A DNA stretch of 32,000 nt, from the NCBI RefSeq assembly GCF_000406145.1, contig NZ_CM001976.1, forward strand, positions 1,892,061 through 1,924,060, written 5' to 3'. This stretch comes from Dickeya dadantii NCPPB 898. GTDB taxonomy: Bacteria > Pseudomonadota > Gammaproteobacteria > Enterobacterales > Enterobacteriaceae. Under the pieces are notes generated by a model. The model was not told where the DNA came from, ran no database searches, and was given only the letters and a program-made list of their open reading frames with translations. How positions within the stretch are numbered: the first letter of the stretch is position 1; each line of letters begins with the position of its first letter. A program made the position numbers and the translations under genes. Below are positions 19,771-29,034 of this stretch, piece after piece.

Positions 19771-20778
19771 GTGGGTATCGAACTTTCTGTTATCTGGTTC
19801 GCCATCATCATCTTCGCCACGCTGATGTACATCGTGATGGACGGCTTTGATCTGGGCATCGGTATTTTGTTTCCGTTTCATCGCCATGCCGCCGACCGGG
19901 ACCTGATGGTCAATACCGTCGCGCCGGTGTGGGATGGCAACGAAACCTGGCTGGTGCTGGGCGGTGCCGGGTTGTTTGGCGCGTTCCCGCTGGCCTACGC
20001 GGTGATTGTGGATGCGTTGACCATTCCGCTGACGCTGATGCTGGTTGGGCTGATTTTTCGCGGCGTCGCGTTTGAGTTTCGCTTCAAGGCGACGCCATCG
20101 CACCGTCCGTTCTGGGATCAGGCTTTTATGTGGGGTTCGCTGGTCGCCACCTTCTTTCAGGGCGTTACCGTCGGCGCGGTGCTCAACGGCTTTGAGGTGA
20201 CCGATCGCCATTTCTCCGGCCCGGTATTGGGCTGGTTGACGCCGTTTTCGCTGTTCTGCGGCGTCGGGCTGGTGGTGGCGTATGCGTTGCTGGGGTGTAC
20301 CTGGCTTATCATGAAAACCGGGCAGGAGCTGCATTGCCGCATGTCCGCGCTGGCGCCGTCGCTGGTGGTGGCGTTGCTGACGGTGATCGTGGTGATCAGT
20401 CTGTGGACCCCGCTGGCGCATCCGGCGATCAAACAGCGCTGGTTTTCACTGCCTAACCTGTTCTGGTTCCTGCCGGTGCCGCTACTGGTGGCGGCCTGTG
20501 CGGCGGGAATAATACGCGGCGTGCGCCGTCACGCGCATTATTCGCCGTTCCTGCTGACGCTGGCGCTGATTTTCTTAGGCTTCACCGGGCTTGGCATCAG
20601 CCTGTGGCCGATGATCATTCCGCCGTCGCTGACGCTGTGGGACGCCGCCGCGCCGGCGCAGAGTCAGGGGTTCATGCTGGTCGGCGCGTTGCTGATCATT
20701 CCGGTGATCCTCGGTTATACCTTCTGGAGCTACTACGTCTTCCGGGGAAAAGTCCGGCCGGATGAGGGGTATCACTGA
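19771..20778 (+). CDS. cioB: Cytochrome bd-type quinol oxidase subunit II, 335 aa
   Basis: GTG start 1 nt after the cioA TAA, preceded by GAGGGG. The N-terminus MGIELSVIWFAIIIFATLMYIVMDGFDLGIGILFPF is CydB/CioB-like. Confidence 0.92.
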   Translation: MGIELSVIWFAIIIFATLMYIVMDGFDLGIGILFPFHRHAADRDLMVNTVAPVWDGNETWLVLGGAGLFGAFPLAYAVIVDALTIPLTLMLVGLIFRGVAFEFRFKATPSHRPFWDQAFMWGSLVATFFQGVTVGAVLNGFEVTDRHFSGPVLGWLTPFSLFCGVGLVVAYALLGCTWLIMKTGQELHCRMSALAPSLVVALLTVIVVISLWTPLAHPAIKQRWFSLPNLFWFLPVPLLVAACAAGIIRGVRRHAHYSPFLLTLALIFLGFTGLGISLWPMIIPPSLTLWDAAAPAQSQGFMLVGALLIIPVILGYTFWSYYVFRGKVRPDEGYH

Positions 20779-20972
20779 TGAAACCTTTTGCCGTCAGAGC
20801 GGCTTTTAAGGGCGATGGCATAAACATGGCGACCTCGCAAAAGCCGGTTCAACCGCTGTGGCGGCGACTGGTATGGATGGCGGTGTTATGGAGCGCCAGC
20901 GTGCTGGCGCTGGGTGTGGTCGCCACGCTGTTTCGCCTGCTGATGACCGCCGCCGGGCTGAAAACGCACTGA
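20778..20972 (+). CDS. Small membrane protein, DUF2474-like (64 aa, or 48 aa from ATG 20826)
   Basis: Its ATG overlaps the cioB TGA (TGATG). It has a single TM helix (LWRRLVWMAVLWSASVLALGVVATLFRLLMTAAGL), as in the small ORFs that follow cioB-type genes. Start choice is uncertain. Confidence 0.65.
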   Translation: MKPFAVRAAFKGDGINMATSQKPVQPLWRRLVWMAVLWSASVLALGVVATLFRLLMTAAGLKTH

Positions 20973-21016
20973 TTATCCGCTGTCTTTTGTATCCGCAATT
21001 TTTATCCGCATCCGAC

Positions 21017-21048
21017 GCCCGCCGGTTGTCCGGCGGGCATATTCCTTT
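21017..21048 (+). terminator. Candidate terminator of the cio operon
   Basis: GCCCGCCGG-ttgt-CCGGCGGGC is a perfect 9-bp stem, followed by atattccttt, which is a poor U-tract. Confidence 0.55.
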
Positions 21049-21179
21049 AACCGGGTAAACCGGTTCATTTCGTATGCCTTACCTCCAGAGGGGTAGGGGA
21101 TAAGCGTCATCCTATGACCCAGGTCAGGAAAGCTGAGTGGATTTCCGCTATGCTGAGCGCCAAAATAGTGAATGAAATC

Positions 21180-21203
21180 CGCTATATACAGGTTTATATA
21201 CCG
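21180..21203 (+). promoter_or_regulatory. ModE (molybdate-responsive regulator) operator upstream of moaA
   Basis: cgcTATATacaggttTATATaccg fits the TATAT-N7-TAYAT ModE motif exactly. ModE control of moaA is established in E. coli. Confidence 0.6.
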
Positions 21204-21279
21204 CATTTTCAGTGACGGATAACCTGATTTGGCGATAGACTTCATGAAGCAATCACGGTTGTTCGGCGTCGGTGAAACC

Positions 21280-21412
21280 ACGCCGGGAAATCAAACTCCT
21301 AGCCCCGGAGCCTAAGTTCGCGCGCAAGCGAGGATAAGGTTCCCTGGCCGTGGCCGATGGTCACCAGGGTGCAGGGTAGAAATGCCCGCATCTCCCGTAT
21401 TTGGAAAGGTGT
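21280..21412 (+). promoter_or_regulatory. Moco (molybdenum cofactor) riboswitch in the moaA leader
   Basis: It occupies the position of the known enterobacterial moaA Moco RNA motif. A closing helix pairs cgggaaat (21284-21291) with atctcccg (21390-21397). Internal helices include ccctgg...ccaggg and tcgc-gcgcaa-gcga, plus a CCGGAGCC segment. GGAAAGG, the Shine-Dalgarno sequence, follows immediately. Not checked with a covariance model. Confidence 0.6.
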
Positions 21413-21414
21413 TT

Positions 21415-22404
21415 ATGGTGAGTCAACTGACCGATGCGTTTGCGCGCAAGTTTTATTATTTGCGCCTGTCGATAACGGACGTCTGTAATTTCCGCTGTAC
21501 CTATTGTCTGCCGGACGGCTACCAGCCGAATGGTGCGACGCCCCATCGTTTTCTGTCGCTGGATGAAATCCGCCGCGTCGGCCGGGCATTTGCCGATCTG
21601 GGCACCGAAAAGGTACGCCTGACTGGCGGCGAGCCGTCTTTGCGCCGGGATTTTGTCGACATTATTGCCGCTATCCGCGAAAACCCGGCGATCCGCACGC
21701 TGGCGGTGACCACCAACGGTTACCGGCTGGCACGGGATGTGGCAAGCTGGCGCGAAGCCGGGCTGACGGCGCTTAACGTCAGCGTCGACAGCCTGGATCC
21801 TCGTCAGTTTCACGCCATTACCGGGCAGGACAAATTTCGTCAGGTGATGGACGGCATCGATGCCGCTTTCGCCAACGGATTTCGACGGGTGAAAGTCAAT
21901 ACCGTACTGATGCGCGATATCAACGACAGCAGCCTGCACACCTTTCTCGACTGGATCCGCACCCGGCCGATCCAACTGCGCTTTATTGAACTGATGGAAA
22001 CCGGCGACGGGCGGGAGATGTTCCGCCGTCACCATGTGTCCGGTCAGGTGATCCGCGAGCGTCTGTTGCAGCAAGGCTGGCAACAACAGGAGCGAGCGCG
22101 CAGCGACGGCCCGGCGCAGGTGTTCTCGCACCCGGATTATCAGGGTGAGGTGGGGTTGATCATGCCGTATGAGAAAGACTTTTGTCAGAGCTGCAATCGG
22201 CTGCGGGTATCGGCCATCGGCAATCTGCACCTGTGCCTGTTTGGCGAGCAGGGCATCCCGCTGCGCGATTTGCTGACGGATGACGACCAGCAGGAGGCGC
22301 TGAAGCTGCGTATTTCCGGCGGCCTGAGCAGCAAACGGCAGTCGCATTTCCTGCACGACGGCAACAGCGGCATTACCCCGAATCTGTCCTTTATCGGCGG
22401 CTGA
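21415..22404 (+). CDS. moaA: GTP 3',8-cyclase (radical SAM), 329 aa
   Basis: ORF 21382..22404 trimmed to ATG 21415 ([36 protein letters not shown], compare E. coli [31 protein letters not shown]). Same length as E. coli MoaA. Confidence 0.96.
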   Translation: MVSQLTDAFARKFYYLRLSITDVCNFRCTYCLPDGYQPNGATPHRFLSLDEIRRVGRAFADLGTEKVRLTGGEPSLRRDFVDIIAAIRENPAIRTLAVTTNGYRLARDVASWREAGLTALNVSVDSLDPRQFHAITGQDKFRQVMDGIDAAFANGFRRVKVNTVLMRDINDSSLHTFLDWIRTRPIQLRFIELMETGDGREMFRRHHVSGQVIRERLLQQGWQQQERARSDGPAQVFSHPDYQGEVGLIMPYEKDFCQSCNRLRVSAIGNLHLCLFGEQGIPLRDLLTDDDQQEALKLRISGGLSSKRQSHFLHDGNSGITPNLSFIGG

Positions 22405-22435
22405 ACAGGCCGCGCAATAGCGTTAAGGAGTGTTT

Positions 22436-22948
22436 ATGAGCAAGGTCAGCAGCGAATTTATTCCTCTGCGCGTGGCGGTGATGACGGTGTCGTCACGCCG
22501 CACCGCCGCCGACGATACGTCCGGCGATTATCTGCGTGAAGCGTTGCAACATGACGGGCATCATCTGGCCGGCAGCACGATTGTCGGCGAAAACCTGTAC
22601 CAGATCCGCGCGCAGGTTTCCGCCTGGGTAGCCAGCGACGACGTACAGGTTATCCTGATCAATGGCGGCACCGGCTTTACGCCGGGCGACCTGGTGCCGG
22701 AGGCCGTCCGGGTGCTGTTCGACCGGGAGATCGACGGATTCGGCGAACTGTTCCGCATGGTGTCGTACGAAGAGATCGGCACCGCTACCATTCAGTCCCG
22801 CGCCATTGCCGGGCTGGCTAACCAGACGGCGATTTTCGGCGTGCCGGGGTCGACCAAAGCCTGTCACACCGCCTGGGAACGCATTATCCGCGAGCAACTG
22901 GATGCGCGCCAGAAACCCTGTAACCTCTATCCCCATTTGAAAAAGTAA
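22436..22948 (+). CDS. moaB: Molybdenum cofactor biosynthesis protein B, 170 aa
   Basis: ATG 22436 follows AAGGAG (22424-22429). MSKVSSEFIPLRVAVMTVS compares with E. coli MSQVSTEFIPTRIAILTVS, and the length is the same. Confidence 0.95.
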   Translation: MSKVSSEFIPLRVAVMTVSSRRTAADDTSGDYLREALQHDGHHLAGSTIVGENLYQIRAQVSAWVASDDVQVILINGGTGFTPGDLVPEAVRVLFDREIDGFGELFRMVSYEEIGTATIQSRAIAGLANQTAIFGVPGSTKACHTAWERIIREQLDARQKPCNLYPHLKK

Positions 22949-22954
22949 GCTGTT

Positions 22955-23437
22955 ATGTCACAACTGACCCACATTAACGCAGCCGGTGAAGCGGCGATGG
23001 TGGATGTTTCCGACAAGGCGGACACGGTGCGCGAAGCGCGCGCCGAAGCCTTTGTGGAAATGGCGCCGCAAACTCTAGCCATGATCATCGACGGGCGGCA
23101 CCACAAGGGCGATGTCTTCGCCACCGCGCGTATCGCCGGCATCCAGGCCGCCAAGCGCACCTGGGAACTGATCCCGCTGTGCCATCCGCTGTTGCTGAGC
23201 AAAGTGGCGGTGGAGCTGGAAGCCCAGCCGGAGCACAACCGGGTGCGGATTGAATCCCTGTGCCGGCTGACCGGCAAGACCGGTGTGGAAATGGAAGCAT
23301 TGACCGCGGCCTCGGTGGCGGCGCTGACCATTTACGATATGTGCAAAGCGGTGCAGAAAGATATGGTGATCGGCCCGGTGCGGCTGCTGGCGAAAAGCGG
23401 CGGCAAATCCGGCGACTTCAGGGCGGAGGCATCATGA
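22955..23437 (+). CDS. moaC: Cyclic pyranopterin monophosphate synthase, 160 aa
   Basis: [21 protein letters not shown] and LIPLCHPL motifs, plus operon position. Confidence 0.96.
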   Translation: MSQLTHINAAGEAAMVDVSDKADTVREARAEAFVEMAPQTLAMIIDGRHHKGDVFATARIAGIQAAKRTWELIPLCHPLLLSKVAVELEAQPEHNRVRIESLCRLTGKTGVEMEALTAASVAALTIYDMCKAVQKDMVIGPVRLLAKSGGKSGDFRAEAS

Positions 23438-23679
23438 TTACCGTGTTGTTTTTTGCGCAGGTGCGGGAACTGACCGGCACCGACCGGCTCTCGCTGGCGG
23501 CGGAATACCGGGACGTGGCGTCGTTGCGACAGGCATTGTGCGCGCAGGGTGACCGCTGGGCGCTGGCGCTGGAAGACGGCAAGTTGCTGGCGGCGGTGAA
23601 TCAGACGCTGGTGGCGATGTCGCACCCGCTGAGCGATGGCGATGAAGTGGCGTTTTTCCCGCCGGTGACCGGAGGCTGA
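23434..23679 (+). CDS. moaD: Molybdopterin synthase sulfur-carrier subunit, 81 aa
   Basis: The ATG overlaps the moaC TGA (ATGA). [17 protein letters not shown] and the C-terminal FFPPVTGG match MoaD, and the length equals E. coli MoaD. The longer ORF 23260..23679 is an out-of-frame overlap of moaC. Confidence 0.95.
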   Translation: MITVLFFAQVRELTGTDRLSLAAEYRDVASLRQALCAQGDRWALALEDGKLLAAVNQTLVAMSHPLSDGDEVAFFPPVTGG

Positions 23680-23681
23680 AT

Positions 23682-24131
23682 ATGGAGACGCGCATTCGGG
23701 TAGGGGAAGCGCCGTTCAGCGTGGGCGACGAGTACGCCTGGCTGGCGGCGAGCGATGCGGACGGTGCGGTGGTGACGTTCACCGGCAAAGTCCGTAATCA
23801 CAATCTGGGCGAGCACGTCAGCGCGCTGACGCTGGAACATTATCCGGGTATGACGGAAAAGGCGCTGACCGAGATTGTCGACGCGGCGCGGCAGCGCTGG
23901 CCGATTCAGCGTGTGAGCCTGATCCACCGTGTCGGCGCGCTCTATCCCGGCGACGAGATCGTGTTTGTCGGCGTCAGCGGCGCCCACCGCCATGCATCGT
24001 TCGATGCGGCGCAATTCATCATGGATTACCTCAAAACGCGTGCGCCGTTCTGGAAACGGGAAGCGACGTCGGATGGCGACCGTTGGGTGGACGCCCGCGA
24101 TAGCGATCGGCAGGCCGCAGAACGCTGGTAA
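23682..24131 (+). CDS. moaE: Molybdopterin synthase catalytic subunit, 149 aa
   Basis: METRIRVGEAPFSVGDEYAWL, LEHYPGMTEKAL and APFWKRE are MoaE-like. It is the last gene of the operon. Confidence 0.95.
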   Translation: METRIRVGEAPFSVGDEYAWLAASDADGAVVTFTGKVRNHNLGEHVSALTLEHYPGMTEKALTEIVDAARQRWPIQRVSLIHRVGALYPGDEIVFVGVSGAHRHASFDAAQFIMDYLKTRAPFWKREATSDGDRWVDARDSDRQAAERW

Positions 24132-24140
24132 TGGCAGAGA

Positions 24141-24170
24141 CGGCGGATTGATTGCCGCCGCTGTATGATT
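24141..24170 (+). terminator. Weak candidate terminator after moaE
   Basis: CGGCGG-attgattg-CCGCCG followed by ctgtatgatt, which is a poor U-tract. Confidence 0.3.
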
Positions 24171-24256
24171 CGTGACGGAATAATTTCACCGGCTAAAAAA
24201 AAGCGATAAAAAGCAGTAAATTATAAATTTTGCATTAGAATAATGTTAAGGGAATA

Positions 24257-24275
24257 ATTAATAAGAATCATTTTT
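24257..24275. promoter_or_regulatory. Fur box upstream of the ferric transporter
   Basis: attaataagAATCATTttt matches GATAATGATAATCATTATC at 13/19 positions. It is embedded in AATAAT/AATCAT hexamer-rich DNA (24246-24280). A possible -10 GATAAT lies at 24295-24300. Confidence 0.55.
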
Positions 24276-24377
24276 ATTTCCATTTTAGTGCAACGATAAT
24301 GAGCCAGCGGTTATGTTCCGCCTGATTCGCTTTTATTGTCATACAGTTAATTGCCATACAGTGAAAAGGATAATGGT

Positions 24378-25394
24378 ATGAAACGGCGTATTGCTTCCCT
24401 GTTCCCCGCCACCCTGCTGGCGTCTTCCCTGATGATGGGATTCTCCTTCGGCGCGCAGGCGGAGGATGAAGGTCTTGTGATTTACAACGCGCAACACGAA
24501 AACCTGGTGAAATCCTGGGTAGACGGTTTTACTCAGGACACCGGCATCAAAGTCACGCTGCGTAATGGCGGCGACAGCGAATTGGGCAACCAACTGGTGC
24601 AGGAAGGCAATTCCTCGCCGGCCGACGTATTCCTGACCGAAAACTCACCGTCAATGGTGCTGGTGGATAACGCCAACCTGTTCGCGCCGCTGGATGCCGG
24701 TACGCTGGAGCAGGTGGCGCCGCAGTATCGTCCGTCCCACGGTCGTTGGATCGGCATCGCCGCCCGCTCGACGGTGTTTGTTTACAACCCGGAAAAACTG
24801 ACCGAAGCGCAACTGCCGAAGTCTCTGATGGATCTGGCCAAACCGGAATGGAAAGGCCGCTGGGCAGCGTCTCCGTCCGGCGCCGACTTCCAGGCGATCG
24901 TCAGCGCGATGCTGGAGCTGAAAGGCGAAAAAGCGACGCTGGAATGGCTGAAGGCGATGAAAACCAACTTCACCGCCTATAAAGGCAACAGCACGGTGAT
25001 GAAAGCAGTGAACGCCGGTCAGATCGACAGCGGCGTTATTTACCACTACTACCCGTTTGTCGACGGCGCTAAGACCGGCGAAAACAGCAAAAATATCCGC
25101 CTGTACTACTTCAAACATCAGGATCCGGGCGCGTTCGTCAGCATCTCCGGCGGCGGCGTGTTGGCATCCAGCAAGCATAAACAACAGGCTCAGGCTTTCA
25201 TCAAGTGGATCACCGGCAAGAAAGGCCAGGACGTGCTGCGCACCAACACCGCCTTTGAATACGCGGTGGGCGTGAATGCCGAATCCAACCCGAAACTGGT
25301 GCCGCTGAAAGACCTGCAGTCGCCGAAAGTCGATGCTGCCAAACTCAACGGCAAGAAAGTGGTTGAACTGATGACCGAAGCAGGCCTGCTGTAA
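24378..25394 (+). CDS. fbpA: Fe(3+) ABC transporter periplasmic binding protein (SfuA/FbpA/AfuA family), 338 aa
   Basis: ORF trimmed to ATG 24378, with AAAGGA 7 nt upstream. Signal peptide [31 protein letters not shown]. Mature start [11 protein letters not shown], and the YHYY tyrosine cluster typical of ferric binding proteins. Confidence 0.88.
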   Translation: MKRRIASLFPATLLASSLMMGFSFGAQAEDEGLVIYNAQHENLVKSWVDGFTQDTGIKVTLRNGGDSELGNQLVQEGNSSPADVFLTENSPSMVLVDNANLFAPLDAGTLEQVAPQYRPSHGRWIGIAARSTVFVYNPEKLTEAQLPKSLMDLAKPEWKGRWAASPSGADFQAIVSAMLELKGEKATLEWLKAMKTNFTAYKGNSTVMKAVNAGQIDSGVIYHYYPFVDGAKTGENSKNIRLYYFKHQDPGAFVSISGGGVLASSKHKQQAQAFIKWITGKKGQDVLRTNTAFEYAVGVNAESNPKLVPLKDLQSPKVDAAKLNGKKVVELMTEAGLL

Positions 25395-25428
25395 TGCGTC
25401 AGTGCAAGGCGGGAGTACAATAAGCCAT

Positions 25429-27022
25429 ATGGCCGATGTGGAATGGAAAGTCGCCGGCGTCGGTGTGACCCACCCGGCGCGACCAGGGGCGCGGCCATAC
25501 CGGATAGCCGGCGGCGGCATGGCGTTGGTGGCCTTGCTGTTGTCGTTGCTGGCGTTGTTGCCGCTGGGTTTCGTGGTGGGCATCACCCTCGAAACCGACT
25601 GGGATACGATAAAAGCGCTGGTGTTCCGGCCGCGGGTCGGGGAACTGCTGCTTAATACCGTATTGCTGGTGGCGGTGACGCTACCGCTCTGCACGCTGCT
25701 CGGGGTGGGCGCTGGCCTGGCTGACCGAGCGCACCACATTGCCGGGCCGTCGCGCGTGGTCGCTGTTGTTGACCGCGCCGCTGGCGGTGCCGGCCTTTGT
25801 TCAAAGTTACGCCTGGATTAGCCTGTTGCCCGGCATGCATGGTCTGGCGGCGGGCGTGTTCCTGTCGGTTCTCGCCTATTTCCCGTTTATTTATCTGCCG
25901 GCGGCGGCGGTGCTGCGTCGGCTTGATCCCAGCCTGGAAGATGTGGCGACCTCGCTGGGCGCCAGACCCTGGCGCGTCTTTTTTCGTGTGGTGCTGCCGC
26001 AACTGCGGTTAGCGGTATGGGGCGGTTCGCTGCTGATTGCGTTGCATCTGCTGGCGGAATACGGGCTGTACGCTATGATTCGCTTCGATACCTTCACCAC
26101 CGCGATTTTCGAACAGTTCCAGTCTACCTTTAACGGCCTGGCGGCAAACATGCTGGCAGGCGTGCTGGTGTTGTGCTGTCTGGGGCTGTTGTTGCTGGAA
26201 GCGCTGACCCGCGGACGCGCGCGTTATGCCCGCGTCGGTTCCGGCAGCGCCCGAAGCCAGACGCCCTGGCGGCTGTCGTCGCCGGCGGCGCTGGTGTGCG
26301 CTTTGTTGCCGCTGGCGTTAACCGTGCTGGCGCTGGGCGTACCGCTGATGACGCTCGCCCGCTGGCTGTGGCTCGGCGGTCTGGAAGTATGGCGCAATAA
26401 CGAGCTGTGGCCAGCGCTGCGCCAGACGCTGTGGTTGGGCGCCAGTGGCGCGGCGCTGGTGACGCTGTGCGCGTTTCCGATGTCCTGGCTGTCGGTGCGC
26501 CATCCGTCGCGGCTGTATCGCCTGCTGGAAGGCTGCAACTATGTCACCAGCGCGCTGCCGGGCATCGTGGTGGCGCTGGCGCTGGTCACCGTCACCATTC
26601 ATACCCTGCGGCCGCTGTATCAGACCGAATTTACCCTGCTGCTGGCCTATGTACTGATGTTTATGCCGCGCGCGCTGATTAACCTGCGCGCCGGCATCGC
26701 GCAGGCGCCGGTGGAACTGGAAAACGTCGCGCGCAGCCTGGGGTGTTCGCCCGGACAGGCGCTGTGGCGTATCACGCTGCGGCTGGCGGCGCCGGGCGCA
26801 GCGGCCGGGGCGGCGATGGTGTTTCTCGCCGTCACCAACGAATTAACCGCCACGCTGTTGCTGGCGCCGAACGGCACCCGCACACTGGCGACCGGCTTCT
26901 GGGCGTTAACCAGTGAAATCGATTATATGGCGGCCGCGCCCTACGCGCTGATTATGGTGGTGCTGTCGCTCCCACTGACCTGGTTGCTCTATTCTCAATC
27001 GAAACGTACGGCAGGTTTATGA
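25429..27022 (+). pseudogene. fbpB: Fe(3+) ABC transporter permease (SfuB/FbpB family), reading frame interrupted by an apparent +1 nt frameshift near 25702-25712
   Basis: The N-terminal part (ORF 25402..25821, frame 1: ...[22 protein letters not shown]) and the remainder (ORF 25739..27022, frame 2) belong to one 12-TM permease. Frame 2 upstream of its TTG reads [30 protein letters not shown] and continues the protein seamlessly. Frame 2 opens only after the TGA at 25676-25678. The joined length of about 530 aa equals the family size. The start codon is uncertain (ATG 25429 chosen). Confidence 0.65.
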
Positions 27023-28053
27023 ATACGCTTGAACTTTATGGCATCGGCAAATCTTTCAATGCCGTCACGGTGTTGGACGGCATCGACTTGCAGGTTGCGC
27101 CGGGCAGCCGTACCGCGATTGTCGGCCCCTCCGGGTCCGGCAAGACAACGTTGCTGCGTATCATTGCCGGTTTCGAGGCGCCGGATAGCGGCAGCGTGCG
27201 GCTGCAAACGCGCGTGGTGGCGGATGCGCGCCAGTGGGTGCCGGCGCACCAGCGCGGCATTGGCTTTGTACCGCAGGACGGCGCGCTGTTTCCTCACTTT
27301 ACCGTGGCGCAGAACATCGGTTTCGGGCTTGACGGCAGCAAACACGACAAACAGCGGCGTATTGATGAACTGATGGAGATGGTGTCGCTGGACTCGCGGC
27401 TGGCGTCACTGTGGCCGCATGAACTGTCCGGCGGTCAGCAGCAGCGGGTGGCGCTGGCGCGCGCGTTGTCTCAGCGTCCGACGTTGATGCTGCTGGATGA
27501 ACCCTTCTCGGCGCTGGATACCGGCCTGCGCGCCGCCACCCGTCAGGCGGTGTCCGCCCTGCTGGCGGAGGCGGGCGTGGCGTCGATTCTGGTGACCCAC
27601 GATCAGGCCGAGGCGCTGTCGTTTGCCGATCAGGTGGCGGTGATGCGACAGGGGAGGCTGGTGCAGGTGGGATCGCCGCAGTCGCTGTATCTGCGCCCGG
27701 TGGACGAAGCCGCCGCCGCGTTTCTTGGCGACACGCTGGTGCTGTCGGCGCAGCTAAAAGAGGGACGCGCCGCGTGCGCGCTGGGCGACATCGCGGTTGA
27801 CGATAATCAGTCCGCCGGGACGGTGCGTATCATGCTGCGCCCGGAGCAGATTCAGGTCACGCTGGCCGAGCCATCGGCGCCGCCGCAGGCGGTGGTGGCA
27901 AACATCGAATTCGCCGGATTTGTGTCCACGCTGCGTCTGCGGATGACGAATAGCGCGCAGGTGATCGAACTAAAAAGCGTCAGCCGGGAAGACATCGTGG
28001 TCGGTTGCGGCGTCAACTTGACGGTAGCCGGGCGGGCGCATCGACTGGATTAG
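27019..28053 (+). CDS. fbpC: Fe(3+) import ATP-binding protein (FbpC/SfuC), 344 aa
   Basis: The ATG overlaps the permease TGA (ATGA). Walker [10 protein letters not shown], signature LSGGQQQRV and Walker B LMLLDEP are present, with a C-terminal regulatory domain. Confidence 0.92.
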   Translation: MNTLELYGIGKSFNAVTVLDGIDLQVAPGSRTAIVGPSGSGKTTLLRIIAGFEAPDSGSVRLQTRVVADARQWVPAHQRGIGFVPQDGALFPHFTVAQNIGFGLDGSKHDKQRRIDELMEMVSLDSRLASLWPHELSGGQQQRVALARALSQRPTLMLLDEPFSALDTGLRAATRQAVSALLAEAGVASILVTHDQAEALSFADQVAVMRQGRLVQVGSPQSLYLRPVDEAAAAFLGDTLVLSAQLKEGRAACALGDIAVDDNQSAGTVRIMLRPEQIQVTLAEPSAPPQAVVANIEFAGFVSTLRLRMTNSAQVIELKSVSREDIVVGCGVNLTVAGRAHRLD

Positions 28054-28223
28054 CGGCGGCGACCTCTTTCACTGTGACATCACCGCGCTACGTAGGGGCC
28101 TGGCCTCAATAAATCGCCGTTTTCGTTGAGGAAGCGTTATCCGTCGCACGCGTCGTTTTGTGTTAAGCTGAAATCAGGTGGGCGTAAGCCCGTTCTGTTT
28201 CACTCAAATGCAAAGGTTGCATC

Positions 28224-28934
28224 ATGGATCGATTTCCACGTTCTAACGGTTCCATCGTTCAGCAGGCCTCCACCGGTCTGCAAACCTATATGGCGCAGGT
28301 CTATGGCTGGATGACCTGCGGTCTGTTGCTGACCGCGTTTGTTGCCTGGTATGCCGCCAACACCCCGGCGGTGTTGCAGATGGTGTTCTCCAGCAAGATC
28401 ACCTTCTTTGGGTTGGTGATCGCCCAACTGGGGCTGGTGTTTGTGCTGTCCGGCATGGTGCACCGTCTGAGCGGTGGCGTCGCCACCACGCTGTTTATGC
28501 TCTACTCGGCGTTGACCGGCCTGACGTTGTCCAGCATTTTCATCGTCTACTCCGGCGAATCCATCGCCAGCACCTTTGTGATTACCGCCGGCATGTTCGG
28601 CGCCATGAGCCTGTACGGCTATGTCACCAAACGCGACCTGACCGGCATGGGCAGCATGCTGTTCATGGCGCTGATTGGTATCCTGCTGGCGACGCTGGTG
28701 AACTTCTGGCTGAAAAGCGAAGGGTTGCAGCGTGCCATCACCTACATCGGGGTGCTGGTGTTTGTCGGCCTGACCGCGTATGACACGCAGAAACTGAAAA
28801 ACATCGGCGAAGAGCTGTCGGTCGATGACCGGGATAATTTCCGCAAGTATTCGATCATGGGCGCGCTGACCCTGTATCTTGATTTCATCAACCTGTTCCT
28901 GATGCTGCTGCGCCTGTTCGGTAGCCGTCGTTGA
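28224..28934 (+). CDS. ybhL: BAX inhibitor-1/YccA family inner membrane protein, 236 aa
   Basis: A 7-TM ORF. The N-terminus MDRFPRSNGSIVQQASTGLQTYMAQVYGWM and the YDTQKLK motif are YbhL-like, and the position after moa matches E. coli. Confidence 0.9.
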   Translation: MDRFPRSNGSIVQQASTGLQTYMAQVYGWMTCGLLLTAFVAWYAANTPAVLQMVFSSKITFFGLVIAQLGLVFVLSGMVHRLSGGVATTLFMLYSALTGLTLSSIFIVYSGESIASTFVITAGMFGAMSLYGYVTKRDLTGMGSMLFMALIGILLATLVNFWLKSEGLQRAITYIGVLVFVGLTAYDTQKLKNIGEELSVDDRDNFRKYSIMGALTLYLDFINLFLMLLRLFGSRR

Positions 28935-28959
28935 GGCTGTTGATGTTGATAAATAAGTG

Positions 28960-28990
28960 AAAACGGAGCCAACTGGCTCCGTTTTCATAT
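28960..28990 (+). terminator. Rho-independent (bidirectional-looking) terminator of ybhL
   Basis: AAAACGGAGCC-aact-GGCTCCGTTTT followed by catatt. The perfect 11-bp stem includes A/T arms. Confidence 0.85.
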
Positions 28991-29034
28991 TACTGGCAAA
29001 ACCGCTTGGTTAGAGGTAATGGTTTTTCCGGCGT

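Noticed and set aside
20973-21281. 102-aa minus-strand ORF between the cio operon and moaA
   Set aside because: It overlaps the cio terminator hairpin, the ModE operator and the start of the Moco riboswitch leader. It has no Shine-Dalgarno sequence and an odd composition.
21361-22356. 331-aa minus-strand ORF antisense to moaA. Similar antisense ORFs lie at 3632-4471 (cdd), 24651-25739 (fbpA), 28200-28988 (ybhL), 11382-12047 (bioF) and 12406-13438 (bioC/bioD)
   Set aside because: Each one mirrors a well-supported conserved gene on the other strand and shows arginine- and glycine-rich GC-bias composition.
25700-25720. Programmed +1 ribosomal frameshift in the ferric permease
   Set aside because: There is no slippery or hungry-codon context of the prfB type, no upstream Shine-Dalgarno-like stimulator and no in-frame stop at the shift site. 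A mutation or sequencing error in the G-runs is the simpler explanation.
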